A model generated the notes under the pieces. It was given only the letters and a program-made list of their open reading frames with translations, was not told the DNA's origin and searched no databases. Made by a program: the position numbers and the translations under genes. 64,000 nt of DNA from Acidimicrobiales bacterium (GTDB lineage Bacteria > Actinomycetota > Acidimicrobiia > Acidimicrobiales > JBBRKR01), in NCBI GenBank assembly GCA_038231795.1, contig JBBRKR010000007.1, forward strand, positions 16,491-80,490, read 5' to 3'. Shown in pieces: positions 36,410 through 46,224 of this stretch (position 1 is the first letter of the stretch; each line of letters begins with the position of its first letter).

Positions 36410-37176
36410 GACTTGCTGCCTTGAATACCGTGCTGCGCCGATTGTCCAAGATATGCCGTGATCACAAGCGGGTTGCTCCGAATTTCGGCCGGTGTACCCT
36501 GCGCGATCAGGCTGCCGAACTCAATCACATAGACGTAATCGCAAATATTCAAAACCAGCCCCATGTCGTGGTCGACGAGGAAAATGGCCGTGCCGTTGTC
36601 GACCACCTCGCGCAAGCGTTCACCCAATACCTGGCTCTCGCGGGTGTCAAGCCCAGCGGCTGGTTCGTCCATGCACACCAGCTTCGGTTGGGCGGCCAAC
36701 GCTCTACCGACTGAAACCAGCTTGAGCTGGCCTTGACTGAGTTCGTTGGGCATTCGTGACGCAAAATCTCGAAGATTGAGGGCATCGAGCGCATACTCGA
36801 CGGCTTCAAGTTTTCGATGTCGCCGGGGAGCCACCAGGTCCAGGAAGAAGTCCCTCTTCGTATGCCTTTCGGCAGCGACTTGAAGGTTCTCCTCGATCGT
36901 GAGGTCGTCGAAAAGTTCGAGTGACTGCCACGTGCGCCCCAGCCCGAGTCGGGCTCGTTTATGGGGTGGCAAATCTCCAATCTCGTTGCCGTCGAACTCG
37001 ACACGACCGCTAGTAGGCACGAACCCCGTGATGCCATCGATGAAGGTGGTTTTGCCCGCGCCGTTCGGCCCAATCAGCCCTACAAGCGTTCCAGCGTTGA
37101 CTTCGATACTGACCTGATTGACGGCACGTAAGCCACCAAAACTGACCGACATTTCTGCGGCATTGAGAAGCGCCAT
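36406..37176 (-). CDS. livG: Branched-chain amino acid ABC transporter ATP-binding protein
   Basis: [30 protein letters not shown]. Confidence 0.85.
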   Translation of the reverse strand: MALLNAAEMSVSFGGLRAVNQVSIEVNAGTLVGLIGPNGAGKTTFIDGITGFVPTSGRVEFDGNEIGDLPPHKRARLGLGRTWQSLELFDDLTIEENLQVAAERHTKRDFFLDLVAPRRHRKLEAVEYALDALNLRDFASRMPNELSQGQLKLVSVGRALAAQPKLVCMDEPAAGLDTRESQVLGERLREVVDNGTAIFLVDHDMGLVLNICDYVYVIEFGSLIAQGTPAEIRSNPLVITAYLGQSAQHGIQGSKS

Positions 37177-39182
37177 TACGCGACCGACGTTTCGGCCAAC
37201 GACGCCTGGCTGAGTTTCAGTTGCTTTTGTTCCTTCTTCAGTTTGGCTTGCGCTGCTTGGAGCCGGAAGGCGCCAGCTATGCCTTCAGGATTTTGGATAG
37301 CAGTGAAAATCAACAGCACACCGCCAATGAACGCCTCCCACGCACCGAGGGATCCAATGACCCGACTGGTGGCAAAGAACGCTATGCCTGATGCCGCCAC
37401 GATGCCCGATGTGACAGCTCCACTCACGCTCGTGATGCCGCCGAGGTACGCAACAGCGAGGGCAGTCAGCGATGCCACAGTGCCATAGGACACGTCAGAA
37501 ACGGTGCTAAACCGATACGCAATCAGACAACCGCCGATGCCGGCAATAAACGACGACAACGCGAAAACCAACATTTTTACTTGCGCGACATCGAGTCCAA
37601 TTGCGCTTGCGGCCCGTTCGTTGGAACGAATGGCGAGCATTCGCCGGCCGGTTGCGCTGCGGCGAATGTTGGCAACCGTCAACGCCAACACCAACGCCAC
37701 GGCCACCAAAAAGATGCCGAAAATTGGTCTCGAGGATTTGGTGCCGAGCACGAGCCCCAAGTCCCACCCGCCCAGTTTCGGGTTCGGAATTTTGGCTCCA
37801 CCCGTAGATGCGTCACCAACATACTGTGGGTTCTTGAAGATAAATTCTGAGATCGCCACACCGCCCGAAAGCGTGACTATCGCCAGGTTTGTACCGCGCA
37901 CTCGCAATGCCGGGACGCCGACCAGGACACCAAACAAAGTGGCAATTAGTGCCGCCAGGATCGGCGCAATCGGAAACGGAATATCCCAATTCATGGCCAG
38001 CTTCGATAACCCAAACCCAGCAATACCGGCAAAGGCCATTTGGGCCAACGACGTCTGCCCGCCGAAACCTGTGAGCACCACAAGTGACAGTGCCAGTACG
38101 GCCGCAATGGCGCTCGTCATGATCGCTCCACGCCACAGCGGGCCAAGTGCCAACAGACCGACTACAGCGAGCCCAGCGGGAAGCACCACGGTGGCTACCG
38201 TGACCTTCGATTGAGGAACGGCGGGAAGTTTCCAACCAGCCACCGCGCCGCGGTCGGGAAGGCGCTCACCAAGCACCACCATGGCCACGATAATGATCAG
38301 AAAAGGAATCCCTTCACGGGCCCCGTATTTCGGAAACCAACTGACATCGACTTGCAGCTTGGTAAAGGTTGACTGCACCATCCCAATTGCCATACCGGTA
38401 ATAACCGTGGGCCATATGTTGCGGAACTTGCCGATTAACGCAGCACCTAGGGCCGGGATCAAATAGCCGAATGTGAATACGCCGGAGCTCAACTGAATCA
38501 TCGGCGCCGCCAAAATGGCGATCAGTCCGCCAAGCAGCGAGGCAACGACGAACGTCAACCCCGCCAGCATGTCGGGGGAAAATCCCAACAACACCGCACC
38601 CTTTTCCTTCTCGGCCGCAGCGCGCGTCACGAGGCCGATGCGAGTGAATCGGGAAATCGCCCACAGAACGGCACCGATCGCTATCACTATGACGGCAAGC
38701 CACAGGCCGTCGCGAGGAATCGTGAGTCCTTTAGCGATCGTCACGGGACGACGGGGCAACGTGGGCTTCACACGGATAGTGATCTTGTCGGCGAAGCGCC
38801 GATCCACGAGTGATGTGAACACGATGACAAGACCGATACTGGCCACCACTTTGGCCAGTGCAGGAGCATTGCGCAGCGGCCTAAAGACCAACAAATACAC
38901 CAGCAGACCAACGACCACTGCTGTCAGCAGCGACAAGCTCATCGCCCATCGGAACCCAACGTCGTGACCAAAATGGTACCTGCCAGGTAGCCCAGGGATC
39001 GGAAAGGGATACGACCCAGTTCGTAGGTCCGCATACACGTACGCGTTCCACATGGCCATGCCGCCAAAGGCGAAATTGACTACGCCCGAGCCCTGATAGG
39101 TAAGTACCAATCCGAGCCCGAACGCAGCCATGATCGCCCCAGCCCCGCTGCCCAGCAGCAGGTAGAAGAGGTAGTCAGTCAT
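37176..39182 (-). CDS. Fused LivH/LivM-type ABC permease
   Basis: 668 aa, highly hydrophobic, with two permease halves in one ORF. It shares 1 nt with the livG start. Confidence 0.8.
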   Translation of the reverse strand: MTDYLFYLLLGSGAGAIMAAFGLGLVLTYQGSGVVNFAFGGMAMWNAYVYADLRTGSYPFPIPGLPGRYHFGHDVGFRWAMSLSLLTAVVVGLLVYLLVFRPLRNAPALAKVVASIGLVIVFTSLVDRRFADKITIRVKPTLPRRPVTIAKGLTIPRDGLWLAVIVIAIGAVLWAISRFTRIGLVTRAAAEKEKGAVLLGFSPDMLAGLTFVVASLLGGLIAILAAPMIQLSSGVFTFGYLIPALGAALIGKFRNIWPTVITGMAIGMVQSTFTKLQVDVSWFPKYGAREGIPFLIIIVAMVVLGERLPDRGAVAGWKLPAVPQSKVTVATVVLPAGLAVVGLLALGPLWRGAIMTSAIAAVLALSLVVLTGFGGQTSLAQMAFAGIAGFGLSKLAMNWDIPFPIAPILAALIATLFGVLVGVPALRVRGTNLAIVTLSGGVAISEFIFKNPQYVGDASTGGAKIPNPKLGGWDLGLVLGTKSSRPIFGIFLVAVALVLALTVANIRRSATGRRMLAIRSNERAASAIGLDVAQVKMLVFALSSFIAGIGGCLIAYRFSTVSDVSYGTVASLTALAVAYLGGITSVSGAVTSGIVAASGIAFFATSRVIGSLGAWEAFIGGVLLIFTAIQNPEGIAGAFRLQAAQAKLKKEQKQLKLSQASLAETSVA

Positions 39183-39209
39183 TTGTTAGTGGTTATGCTT
39201 TCTTCAATT

Positions 39210-40562
39210 TCACGGAAGGAAGTCGACGGTTTTGACGGCTTCCAGGCCCGGAATTGTTTCAACTTTTCCGCCTGCTTTGTATTCGGCAATCGGGAAGGTG
39301 AACGAACAGATGGTCGGGTATTTCGCCGATGCACCACATTCGATTTCAGCGCCGTTGGGCCACAAATGCAAGCCCTTAGCGGTCTGAAGGTATTTGTACA
39401 ACGACTTACCGGTGACAGCTGTACCTGATTCAGCAAGCTTGTTAGCAAACACAGCCAACGACATGGTCTCGATCATTCCAAGCGCTCCCAGGCCCAAGGC
39501 CGTGGGGTCGATTGTGGAAGCTTCCACCTTCAACACCGGCGCCAACATTTCCTGAAGGATCAACAATTCTGGCGAGTCTTTTTTGGTAGATGATCCAACA
39601 AAGCTCCAGCCAACAGCGTCGTCACCGACCGTGCTGATCACATCTTTGCCAGAGCAAATCGACGTGGTGAGAACCGGAATTTGGATCGCCAATGCGGCGC
39701 GTCCACGGATTGTTCCGATACAACCGGCATCCGAGTACAAAGACACCAGCAGATCAGGATTGGTTTGAGCTGCTTGACGCATCAGCCCCTGATAGCCAGC
39801 ATCAGTTTCGTTGTCGCCGCCGGTCACCAACGTATGTTTGATTCCTGCGACGTCCAACGACGCTTCCAGTGCTACGCGAGTGCCTGTGGCGCCAGCATTG
39901 TCACTGCTAATGATGGCCACGTTGGCAGCCTTGTAATAATTCTTCGCTGCTGCAGCCATGGCGCCAACGGTCGTGGCATTGCCGCCGGTCAGATACAAAG
40001 CATCGGCTGTGTAGTCACCGGGAAGAATGGGCAGCACTCCAATGACGGGAATTTTCGCTGCCGTGTAAGCCTTGTAGTCGGGGAAGAGGTCGAGGCCGGT
40101 AAGCACGAGCTCAACCTTCTTGGCGATAAGTTCCTGGGCACACTGTTGCGAAGTTTCAGGAGAACCCTTGGCGACGCAGCTCTCGATCTTGATCGGCCGT
40201 CCGCCCATGCCGCCGTGCTTATTCAAGTAGTCAGCAACACCCACTGAGAATTTGCGGATGTCGGGAAAGTCGAGCCCTGGAGTTCCTTCGGTATTCACGA
40301 ACCCAATCAACATTTCTTTGCCAGTTGGAGGTGCCAGATCAGGAAAGATCGCAGAAGGATCTTTCGGCGCCAAGGTCGTCGTTACCTCGGGGGCCCCCGA
40401 AGTAGTGGTGACGCCCGCAGGCGCAGCCGTCGTAGTGACTGCCGCGGTAGTGACGACAGCTTTTTTGCTATCACTACTACACCCCGAGGCAACCAGCGCC
40501 CCTATAGCTAGGACGGCGCACGCTGTAAGCGAGCGTCGTGACACAAAACTCGGTCCGTTCAT
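39210..40562 (-). CDS. ABC transporter substrate-binding lipoprotein (LivJ/K-like, type I periplasmic binding fold)
   Basis: ATG 40562 with AAGGGG upstream. Signal and lipobox LAIGALVASGCSS, then a Thr-rich linker VTTAAVTTTAAPAGVTTT. Confidence 0.8.
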   Translation of the reverse strand: MNGPSFVSRRSLTACAVLAIGALVASGCSSDSKKAVVTTAAVTTTAAPAGVTTTSGAPEVTTTLAPKDPSAIFPDLAPPTGKEMLIGFVNTEGTPGLDFPDIRKFSVGVADYLNKHGGMGGRPIKIESCVAKGSPETSQQCAQELIAKKVELVLTGLDLFPDYKAYTAAKIPVIGVLPILPGDYTADALYLTGGNATTVGAMAAAAKNYYKAANVAIISSDNAGATGTRVALEASLDVAGIKHTLVTGGDNETDAGYQGLMRQAAQTNPDLLVSLYSDAGCIGTIRGRAALAIQIPVLTTSICSGKDVISTVGDDAVGWSFVGSSTKKDSPELLILQEMLAPVLKVEASTIDPTALGLGALGMIETMSLAVFANKLAESGTAVTGKSLYKYLQTAKGLHLWPNGAEIECGASAKYPTICSFTFPIAEYKAGGKVETIPGLEAVKTVDFLP

Positions 40563-40708
40563 AATTTCCCCTTTTCGATGCACCGACGGTGTCGGCGTTG
40601 AATAAAAACTTGAGAATCTAGACATCAATTTGTTGTGGCCGCTTCCCCCTCGAAAGCAACAACCACATTGATTTTTCGGAGCGTCTTGCCATCAAAACAT
40701 TGGCTGTC

Positions 40709-40742
40709 GGCACCCGATTGGGGCACCATAACACGAGGCACC
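40709..40742. promoter_or_regulatory. Three direct GGCACC repeats upstream of the liv operon
   Basis: GGCACC occurs at 40709, 40722 and 40737 (spacing 13 and 15 nt), inside the 228-nt leader/promoter region. Confidence 0.3.
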
Positions 40743-40790
40743 GAAACAAATCTACTGGACGGTTAATAATCTAAAAATTGACCATCATCA

Positions 40791-41858
40791 TCACCGCACA
40801 TCGCCGCTCAGGCCCATTGCCGACCCGGCGTCGAGGTCATCCAAAGCGGTAAACGTGCGCCTCACCAACACGTCGAATAAGGCAGCGCCACGTTCGTTGG
40901 CCGGACTAATCGACAAGAGACTGGCGCCGAACGATGCGGCATAAAAGACCAGCCCTTCCAGGTAGCCACTCCACACACCATCGACAGTCACGCGATCAGT
41001 GGGCACGCCGGCGCTGTGCAAACCAGCCACATACCGTGCAACCAACGCACGCTCGTGAGCGCGCCGCATGTCCACCGTGAGATTGTTGGCACAGAAATAC
41101 ACCAAGTCGGCTTGACCAGGTGCCCGCATGCTCATCTGCCAATCAATGACGGTGACCTCGTCGTCGGCTGAGAAAAACAAATTGTCGAGGCGAAAATCGC
41201 CGTGTGTCATCGTAAGGTGATCGCCGAAATGACCAGCGATCCACTCGGGAATTCCCTCCACAAAATGTTCACACCACCGCAAGCAACGAGCGGGAAGTTC
41301 ATCGCCGTATCGCTCCAGGAACCCTGGCCATCCCATTTGGAAGATGGGGCCAAGCGTCAAAACCGCCGGATCGTCGAGCCCCGGCATCCACGTAAACGAC
41401 GTCAACATTGGATGCTCGAACCACGCCGCATGGTGACGGGCGAGCACGTCAATCGCTAACTCGGCTTGACGCAGCGTGGCCCCTGCCACATGGTCCCCTG
41501 CCACTGCGGGAGCAAGGTCCTCAAGAACAAGGCATGGCGGATCAGCCAAATTCACCAGCGCACGGGGAACACGAATACTCATGAGAGGAGCGACATCTCG
41601 ATAGAAGCAGTGCTCGCGTTCCCATACTCGCATTGTCTCGCCAATGAAGCGACCACCAGGGTCAACGGTTGGCAATTTGACAATCACGGAACCAGGCGCA
41701 TCTGGATCCGCCGAAGCGATTTTCACCCTCGCCAATTGCCCCAAAAAGCCTTCGCCCGCGGCAATGGAAACGACCTCGATGGAATCCACGGTTACATTGA
41801 GAACGTCAGAAATCCACTCAGCCGTTACGTCGTCGAGCGACAGCGGTGTTGAACTCAT
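40791..41858 (-). CDS. Phosphotransferase (APH/EcKinase-like kinase fold)
   Basis: HGDFRLDNLFF catalytic loop and VIDWQ. Start at ATG 41858; the longest ORF starts at 41912. Confidence 0.75.
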   Translation of the reverse strand: MSSTPLSLDDVTAEWISDVLNVTVDSIEVVSIAAGEGFLGQLARVKIASADPDAPGSVIVKLPTVDPGGRFIGETMRVWEREHCFYRDVAPLMSIRVPRALVNLADPPCLVLEDLAPAVAGDHVAGATLRQAELAIDVLARHHAAWFEHPMLTSFTWMPGLDDPAVLTLGPIFQMGWPGFLERYGDELPARCLRWCEHFVEGIPEWIAGHFGDHLTMTHGDFRLDNLFFSADDEVTVIDWQMSMRAPGQADLVYFCANNLTVDMRRAHERALVARYVAGLHSAGVPTDRVTVDGVWSGYLEGLVFYAASFGASLLSISPANERGAALFDVLVRRTFTALDDLDAGSAMGLSGDVR

Positions 41859-41923
41859 AAGCACGAAACCCCCCACGGTTAGAGCACAAAAGTCATGGCC
41901 GCGAACGGCCAATAGCTAGTACA

Positions 41924-42424
41924 TCACATATTGACTTCAGGAGACCTGACCCACATGAGATCGGCATCGAAACTCAGCGTGTAATCGGGAATGAATTCGA
42001 TGATCACACGTTGAGGCGAATCCAAAAATTTCTCGAACGCCTTGGCGGCATCCTCGCTGTCGCGGCGTATCGAACCAGCGAACTCTGGATAGAACCAATC
42101 CTTAGTTTCCCGGTCATCGTGCACAACGCACGAACCCTTGTAGGTGACCGTCTTGCCGCCACCCATTTTGGTGCCTGAGCTATTGAGGCACAACGACGCG
42201 CGCGGATACCGTCGAATCGCTGAAATACGCGCTCGCCGCTCGGCAGCCGTGAGCCAAAATTTGCCGTCTTTGGGCAAGCACGACATGACGACGCCGAAGG
42301 CTTCGCCTGCCTTGTTGGTCCACATGAAAACGCATTCGCGCTGTATCTGCACCAGACGAGCTTCAAGCTCGGCCGAGAGCCCGCACTCTGTGAGGTCTTC
42401 GTAATCGTCGTGTTGGTCGGCCAT
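41924..42424 (-). CDS. Pyridoxamine 5'-phosphate oxidase-like (split beta-barrel, FMN/F420) family protein
   Basis: 166 aa. The PNPOx-like core is my reading, at moderate confidence. The start shares 1 nt with the dioxygenase stop (TGATG). Confidence 0.5.
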   Translation of the reverse strand: MADQHDDYEDLTECGLSAELEARLVQIQRECVFMWTNKAGEAFGVVMSCLPKDGKFWLTAAERRARISAIRRYPRASLCLNSSGTKMGGGKTVTYKGSCVVHDDRETKDWFYPEFAGSIRRDSEDAAKAFEKFLDSPQRVIIEFIPDYTLSFDADLMWVRSPEVNM

Positions 42425-43776
42425 CAGTCGGCAACCGAGCTCTCGACCCAGTTGCCATGAAAGCCAAACGGCACCCGAGGAAGATGCACCAACGCAACTG
42501 GCTCATCAGCCATGGTGGCTGCGTCGAATATGGCGAAGTCACTGGTATCGGTTGCCGCGTCGTACACATACGTCATCAGGTACCCGTCGTCTTCGGCTGC
42601 GCTGTTGGCGGCGGGCACAAATACTGACTCGCCGGGAATACGGCCGTACCCAAGATTGATCTGGGTGCGTGCCCCTGAAGTGCGATCGTACTTAACGATG
42701 GCACCCGACGTTCCCATGGGGTTCGAGTAAGCAGCCTCATTGGCGTTGGCCATCATGTAGCCGTATCGATGAGCCTGCCCGACTACCGAATCCGCCACTC
42801 GTGGGAACTCAGCGGCGAGGTCGTCGATCTGCTCTTCGCGGACGGTTCCCTTGACGGTGTCGATTGTCCAGCGGTACAGCGCGGGGGCTGGGAAGTCCAT
42901 GGCACCGTCACGCCAAATGTGGCTCAAGCGAGCAACATCAAGAATGATCAGGTCGCCCGACTCGTAGGCGTTCATGGGGTGAAAGACGTAACACGGGTTG
43001 ATGTCGAACCACTTCACAGAAGCGTCATTCCCGTCGCGAGGCATCACGCCAAGCCGAGCCCGATAGTCGTTCTTCCACGTAATCGGCATCTCGCCACGGA
43101 TGGCCAAATCGAGATCGAATACGGCGGGCAGATCCATGATGATGATGTGATTACGGGTGACATTGAAATCGTGCATCATGGTTGGGCCGCCCACGGTGAT
43201 CACTTCTGACTGAACCAGTTGGCCCTCGGCGCTGATGCGGTGGTACGTGAGGTGGGGGCCGAGAAACGAATAGCCAAAAGCGAGCAGCTCGCCAGTGGCC
43301 GGGCAGATCTTGGGATGGGCGGTGAACGGGCCGGCAAGGCGGCCGGCGAAATCGGTCGGCCCTACTGTTTCAAGATTCCCATCAAGCACATATGGGAAAT
43401 GCCCTTCTTCCAAAGCCATGATGCGACCAGAATGACCAATGACGTTGGTATTGGCTTTTGACGACGTCATGTCAGTGAGGCTTTGGGTGGCATCGATGAC
43501 GGCACGATCGACGTCGACCAGGAAAGGAGTCTTGACGTAACGGTTGCGGTACCACTCTGCTTTGCCGTCGCGAACGCGAACTCCGTGGATCATTCCGTCG
43601 CCGAGGAAGGGGTGATCGGCCATACCCGTAAACGGGTTTGCGCCGTTGCGAAGGTAGCGGCCATCGAGCTCAACCGGGATCGATCCGGTGACAGCCAGGT
43701 CGGTGAGCGTCAGCTCCTCTGTTACTGGTGCGCCGTTGCCACGAAGGAATAGTGGTAGGTCTTCGACGGTGGTCAT
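42424..43776 (-). CDS. Carotenoid/stilbene cleavage oxygenase (CCO family)
   Basis: NGAPV...GSIPVELDGRYLRNGANP...DGMIHGVRVRDGKAEWYRNRYV plus conserved His positions (TAHPK, MMHDF, VFHPMN, GFHGNW). Confidence 0.85.
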   Translation of the reverse strand: MTTVEDLPLFLRGNGAPVTEELTLTDLAVTGSIPVELDGRYLRNGANPFTGMADHPFLGDGMIHGVRVRDGKAEWYRNRYVKTPFLVDVDRAVIDATQSLTDMTSSKANTNVIGHSGRIMALEEGHFPYVLDGNLETVGPTDFAGRLAGPFTAHPKICPATGELLAFGYSFLGPHLTYHRISAEGQLVQSEVITVGGPTMMHDFNVTRNHIIIMDLPAVFDLDLAIRGEMPITWKNDYRARLGVMPRDGNDASVKWFDINPCYVFHPMNAYESGDLIILDVARLSHIWRDGAMDFPAPALYRWTIDTVKGTVREEQIDDLAAEFPRVADSVVGQAHRYGYMMANANEAAYSNPMGTSGAIVKYDRTSGARTQINLGYGRIPGESVFVPAANSAAEDDGYLMTYVYDAATDTSDFAIFDAATMADEPVALVHLPRVPFGFHGNWVESSVAD

Positions 43777-43884
43777 TGGGACTCTCCTTGATTCGAATTG
43801 TGTAAAAAAATAGGCGAGATGAACTACTTGCGGATCGTTTTAACACAGTTGGACGAATTAATCTACCCCTGGTAACATATTTAT

Positions 43885-44550
43885 GTGATTTTGGTTGAAA
43901 CCGTCGATTTCGAGCGAGGTAGCCCAAGTTCGCGCCGTCCAGGACGCCCCAGAGGGGGACGAGTATTGGCAGACCGAGACCAGTTGCTCGAAGCCGCCGA
44001 AACCGTGATTCGCAGAAACGGACCCGACGTCACCATGGAAGCCATTGCGGCCCAAGCCACGGTCACGAAACCAATTCTGTACCGAAATATCGGCGACAAA
44101 GATGCACTCGTGACGGCCCTGGCCGAACGTTTTGTGGACAGAATCAACGTGGCAGGATCAGTCGCCGTGATTGGCGCCGAAAGCGCGCGTGACGGTCTGC
44201 GCCGAGTCATTGGATCGTTAGTGGCCGTGGTGGAAGCCGACCGAAACGTGTTTCTCTACGTCACCTCTGTGGGCTCAAGTACCAACCCATTTGGCGAAGC
44301 GTTACGACTCGCCGATCGCAGTGCCCAACCACTCGCAGAACAACTCGCCGCCCAGCGACGCGCCGACGGACTCGATCCTGCCGTGGCCCTCACGTGGGCC
44401 TATGGAATCGTAGGCGCCCTGCATTTTGCCACCATGTGGTGGTTACGCAACGAACCGTTCGAACCCGCACAGCTGGCCGATCATCTGACCGAATTGCTGT
44501 GGTCCGGCCTCAGCGCGGCACCACCACGAAAGCCGCGGAAGCCCCGATGA
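43885..44550 (+). CDS. TetR-family transcriptional regulator
   Basis: LLEAAETVIRRNGPDVTMEAIAAQATVTKPILYRNIGDKDAL. Divergent from the CCO gene across an AT-rich 108-nt spacer. Confidence 0.8.
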   Translation: MILVETVDFERGSPSSRRPGRPRGGRVLADRDQLLEAAETVIRRNGPDVTMEAIAAQATVTKPILYRNIGDKDALVTALAERFVDRINVAGSVAVIGAESARDGLRRVIGSLVAVVEADRNVFLYVTSVGSSTNPFGEALRLADRSAQPLAEQLAAQRRADGLDPAVALTWAYGIVGALHFATMWWLRNEPFEPAQLADHLTELLWSGLSAAPPRKPRKPR

Positions 44551-44990
44551 CTTTTCAGATCGACGACGCCCGATCGCACATCGGCCACCAATTCCCCGGA
44601 GGCGCATACCGAATTGCGCACTGGGAAAACTGGCTACTGACCGACTGCACGGGAGCCGAACCTCTCCCCGACCAGCTGGTCCACCCCATCGCCCTATTCC
44701 ACGCACCGATACTGGGCAGCGGTATCTCGATCACCGAATTGTTTGCATTATTTAACGTCACGGGAATGGGTGGCGTGAGCCTCGTGGGCTACGACTGGGA
44801 ATACTTTCAACCGCTACAAGAAGACGTCGACTATCAATGCGAAGGACGTGTCATCACAGTTGAGCGCGGCGAGACGACGCCTACTGGATGGACGGAAACA
44901 ATGGCCTTTCAGATCGACATGCTTGACCAAGATCGCCAACCCGTGGCCAGAGTTACCAACACATGGCGTTTCCATCGGCAGGCATCATGA
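44547..44990 (+). CDS. Hot-dog fold protein (MaoC-dehydratase N-terminal-like)
   Basis: 147 aa. The ATG overlaps the TetR stop. Paired with the following MaoC-like gene. Confidence 0.55.
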   Translation: MTFQIDDARSHIGHQFPGGAYRIAHWENWLLTDCTGAEPLPDQLVHPIALFHAPILGSGISITELFALFNVTGMGGVSLVGYDWEYFQPLQEDVDYQCEGRVITVERGETTPTGWTETMAFQIDMLDQDRQPVARVTNTWRFHRQAS

Positions 44991-45448
44991 CCGCCACCGA
45001 ACCCATCGCCGTGGGATACGCCATCCCACCACTCACCATCAATTCGGTCGATCCTGCTCGCATGAAAACCATGGCCGCCATCCTGCGCGACCCATATCCA
45101 CTGCACTGGGACCGAAAGATCAATGAGCTCATCGGCCTCGGCAATCGCGTGGTCAACCAAGGCCCATTAAACGTTGGATATGTTGCCAACATGCTGATGG
45201 CATGGGCGGGGCCCGACAGCATCAAGCGACTCACGCTGTCATTCGGAAACCCGGTGTTCGACGGCGACCGCGTCGTGGCCCACGGAGTCGTGACGGCACT
45301 CGATACATCCGGCACAGAAGCACTCGCTACATGCGATATTTGGCTGGAACGCGCCGGAGAACACGTCGTTACCGGAGTTGCCGTGGTGCACCTCAATTCA
45401 CATGTGTTGCTCAGCGTTGCTGACAACCCCAATCATCTGCCTACCTAA
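44987..45448 (+). CDS. MaoC-like (R)-specific enoyl-CoA hydratase domain protein
   Basis: RDPYPLHWD...NRVVNQGPLNVGYVANM is a hydratase-2-like motif region. ATGA overlap with the upstream gene. Confidence 0.65.
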   Translation: MTATEPIAVGYAIPPLTINSVDPARMKTMAAILRDPYPLHWDRKINELIGLGNRVVNQGPLNVGYVANMLMAWAGPDSIKRLTLSFGNPVFDGDRVVAHGVVTALDTSGTEALATCDIWLERAGEHVVTGVAVVHLNSHVLLSVADNPNHLPT

Positions 45449-45463
45449 AAACAAAGGACTACC

Positions 45464-46222
45464 GTGAACCAAGAACTATTCAATCTGACAGGTGACGTTG
45501 CCGTCGTCACCGGTGCTGGACGAGGAATCGGGGAAGGAATCGCAAACACGCTCGCCGATGCAGGTGCGGCAGTCGTGTGCGCCGCTCGTCGAGTCGATGA
45601 GATTGAACGAGTGGCCGCCGGCATCCGCAGCAGGGGTGGCAAAGCAATTGCCATCGCCACCGACGTCACCGATCGGGCGGCCGTCGATGCCGTCGCCCAG
45701 GCCGCGGTGGCCGAATTCGGCAAGCTTGACATTTGGATCAACAATGCCGGTGGGTCGCCAATTCAGGCGCCACTTATCGACCTTGACCCCAAGGAATGGC
45801 AAGCCACGATGGACCTCAACATCACGGCCGTGTGGGTGTGCACCAGCGTGGCCGCCCACCACATGGGCGACAACGGACGAATCGTCAATATCTCATCACG
45901 AGTAGCCAACTCTCCCCTGCCCGGCAGCGGTCACTACGGCGCAGCCAAAGCAGCCGTGAACCATCTCACCCAAACGTTCGCTAAGGAACTCGGCCCCCGT
46001 ATTCGGGTGAACTGCATCATGCCTGGGGCAGTACCCACCGAGATCATGATGACAGCACTCAAACTATCTGACTCCGACTTGCCAGGGCTCGAGCGAATGC
46101 TGCGGTTGCCTATGCGGCGGCTCGGCACACCAGAGGATCTTGGTAACGCAGTGCTCTATTTAGTGGCACCGGCATCGAGCTGGGTAACTGGCCAAATTCT
46201 GGCCGTCGACGGAGGGATGTAA
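45464..46222 (+). CDS. SDR-family oxidoreductase
   Basis: VVTGAGRGIGEGIA, NNAG, S...YGAAKAA. Confidence 0.85.
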   Translation: MNQELFNLTGDVAVVTGAGRGIGEGIANTLADAGAAVVCAARRVDEIERVAAGIRSRGGKAIAIATDVTDRAAVDAVAQAAVAEFGKLDIWINNAGGSPIQAPLIDLDPKEWQATMDLNITAVWVCTSVAAHHMGDNGRIVNISSRVANSPLPGSGHYGAAKAAVNHLTQTFAKELGPRIRVNCIMPGAVPTEIMMTALKLSDSDLPGLERMLRLPMRRLGTPEDLGNAVLYLVAPASSWVTGQILAVDGGM

Positions 46223-46224
46223 CC

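Noticed and set aside
43792-43857. An inverted repeat TTCGAATTGTGTAAAA / TTTTAACACAGTTGGACGAA in the CCO/TetR divergent spacer, considered as a TetR operator.
   Set aside because: It is kept only as a weak note. The arms match imperfectly (about 10 of 13) and are ~30 nt apart, which is atypical for TetR operators. The AT-rich context raises the chance of fortuitous symmetry.
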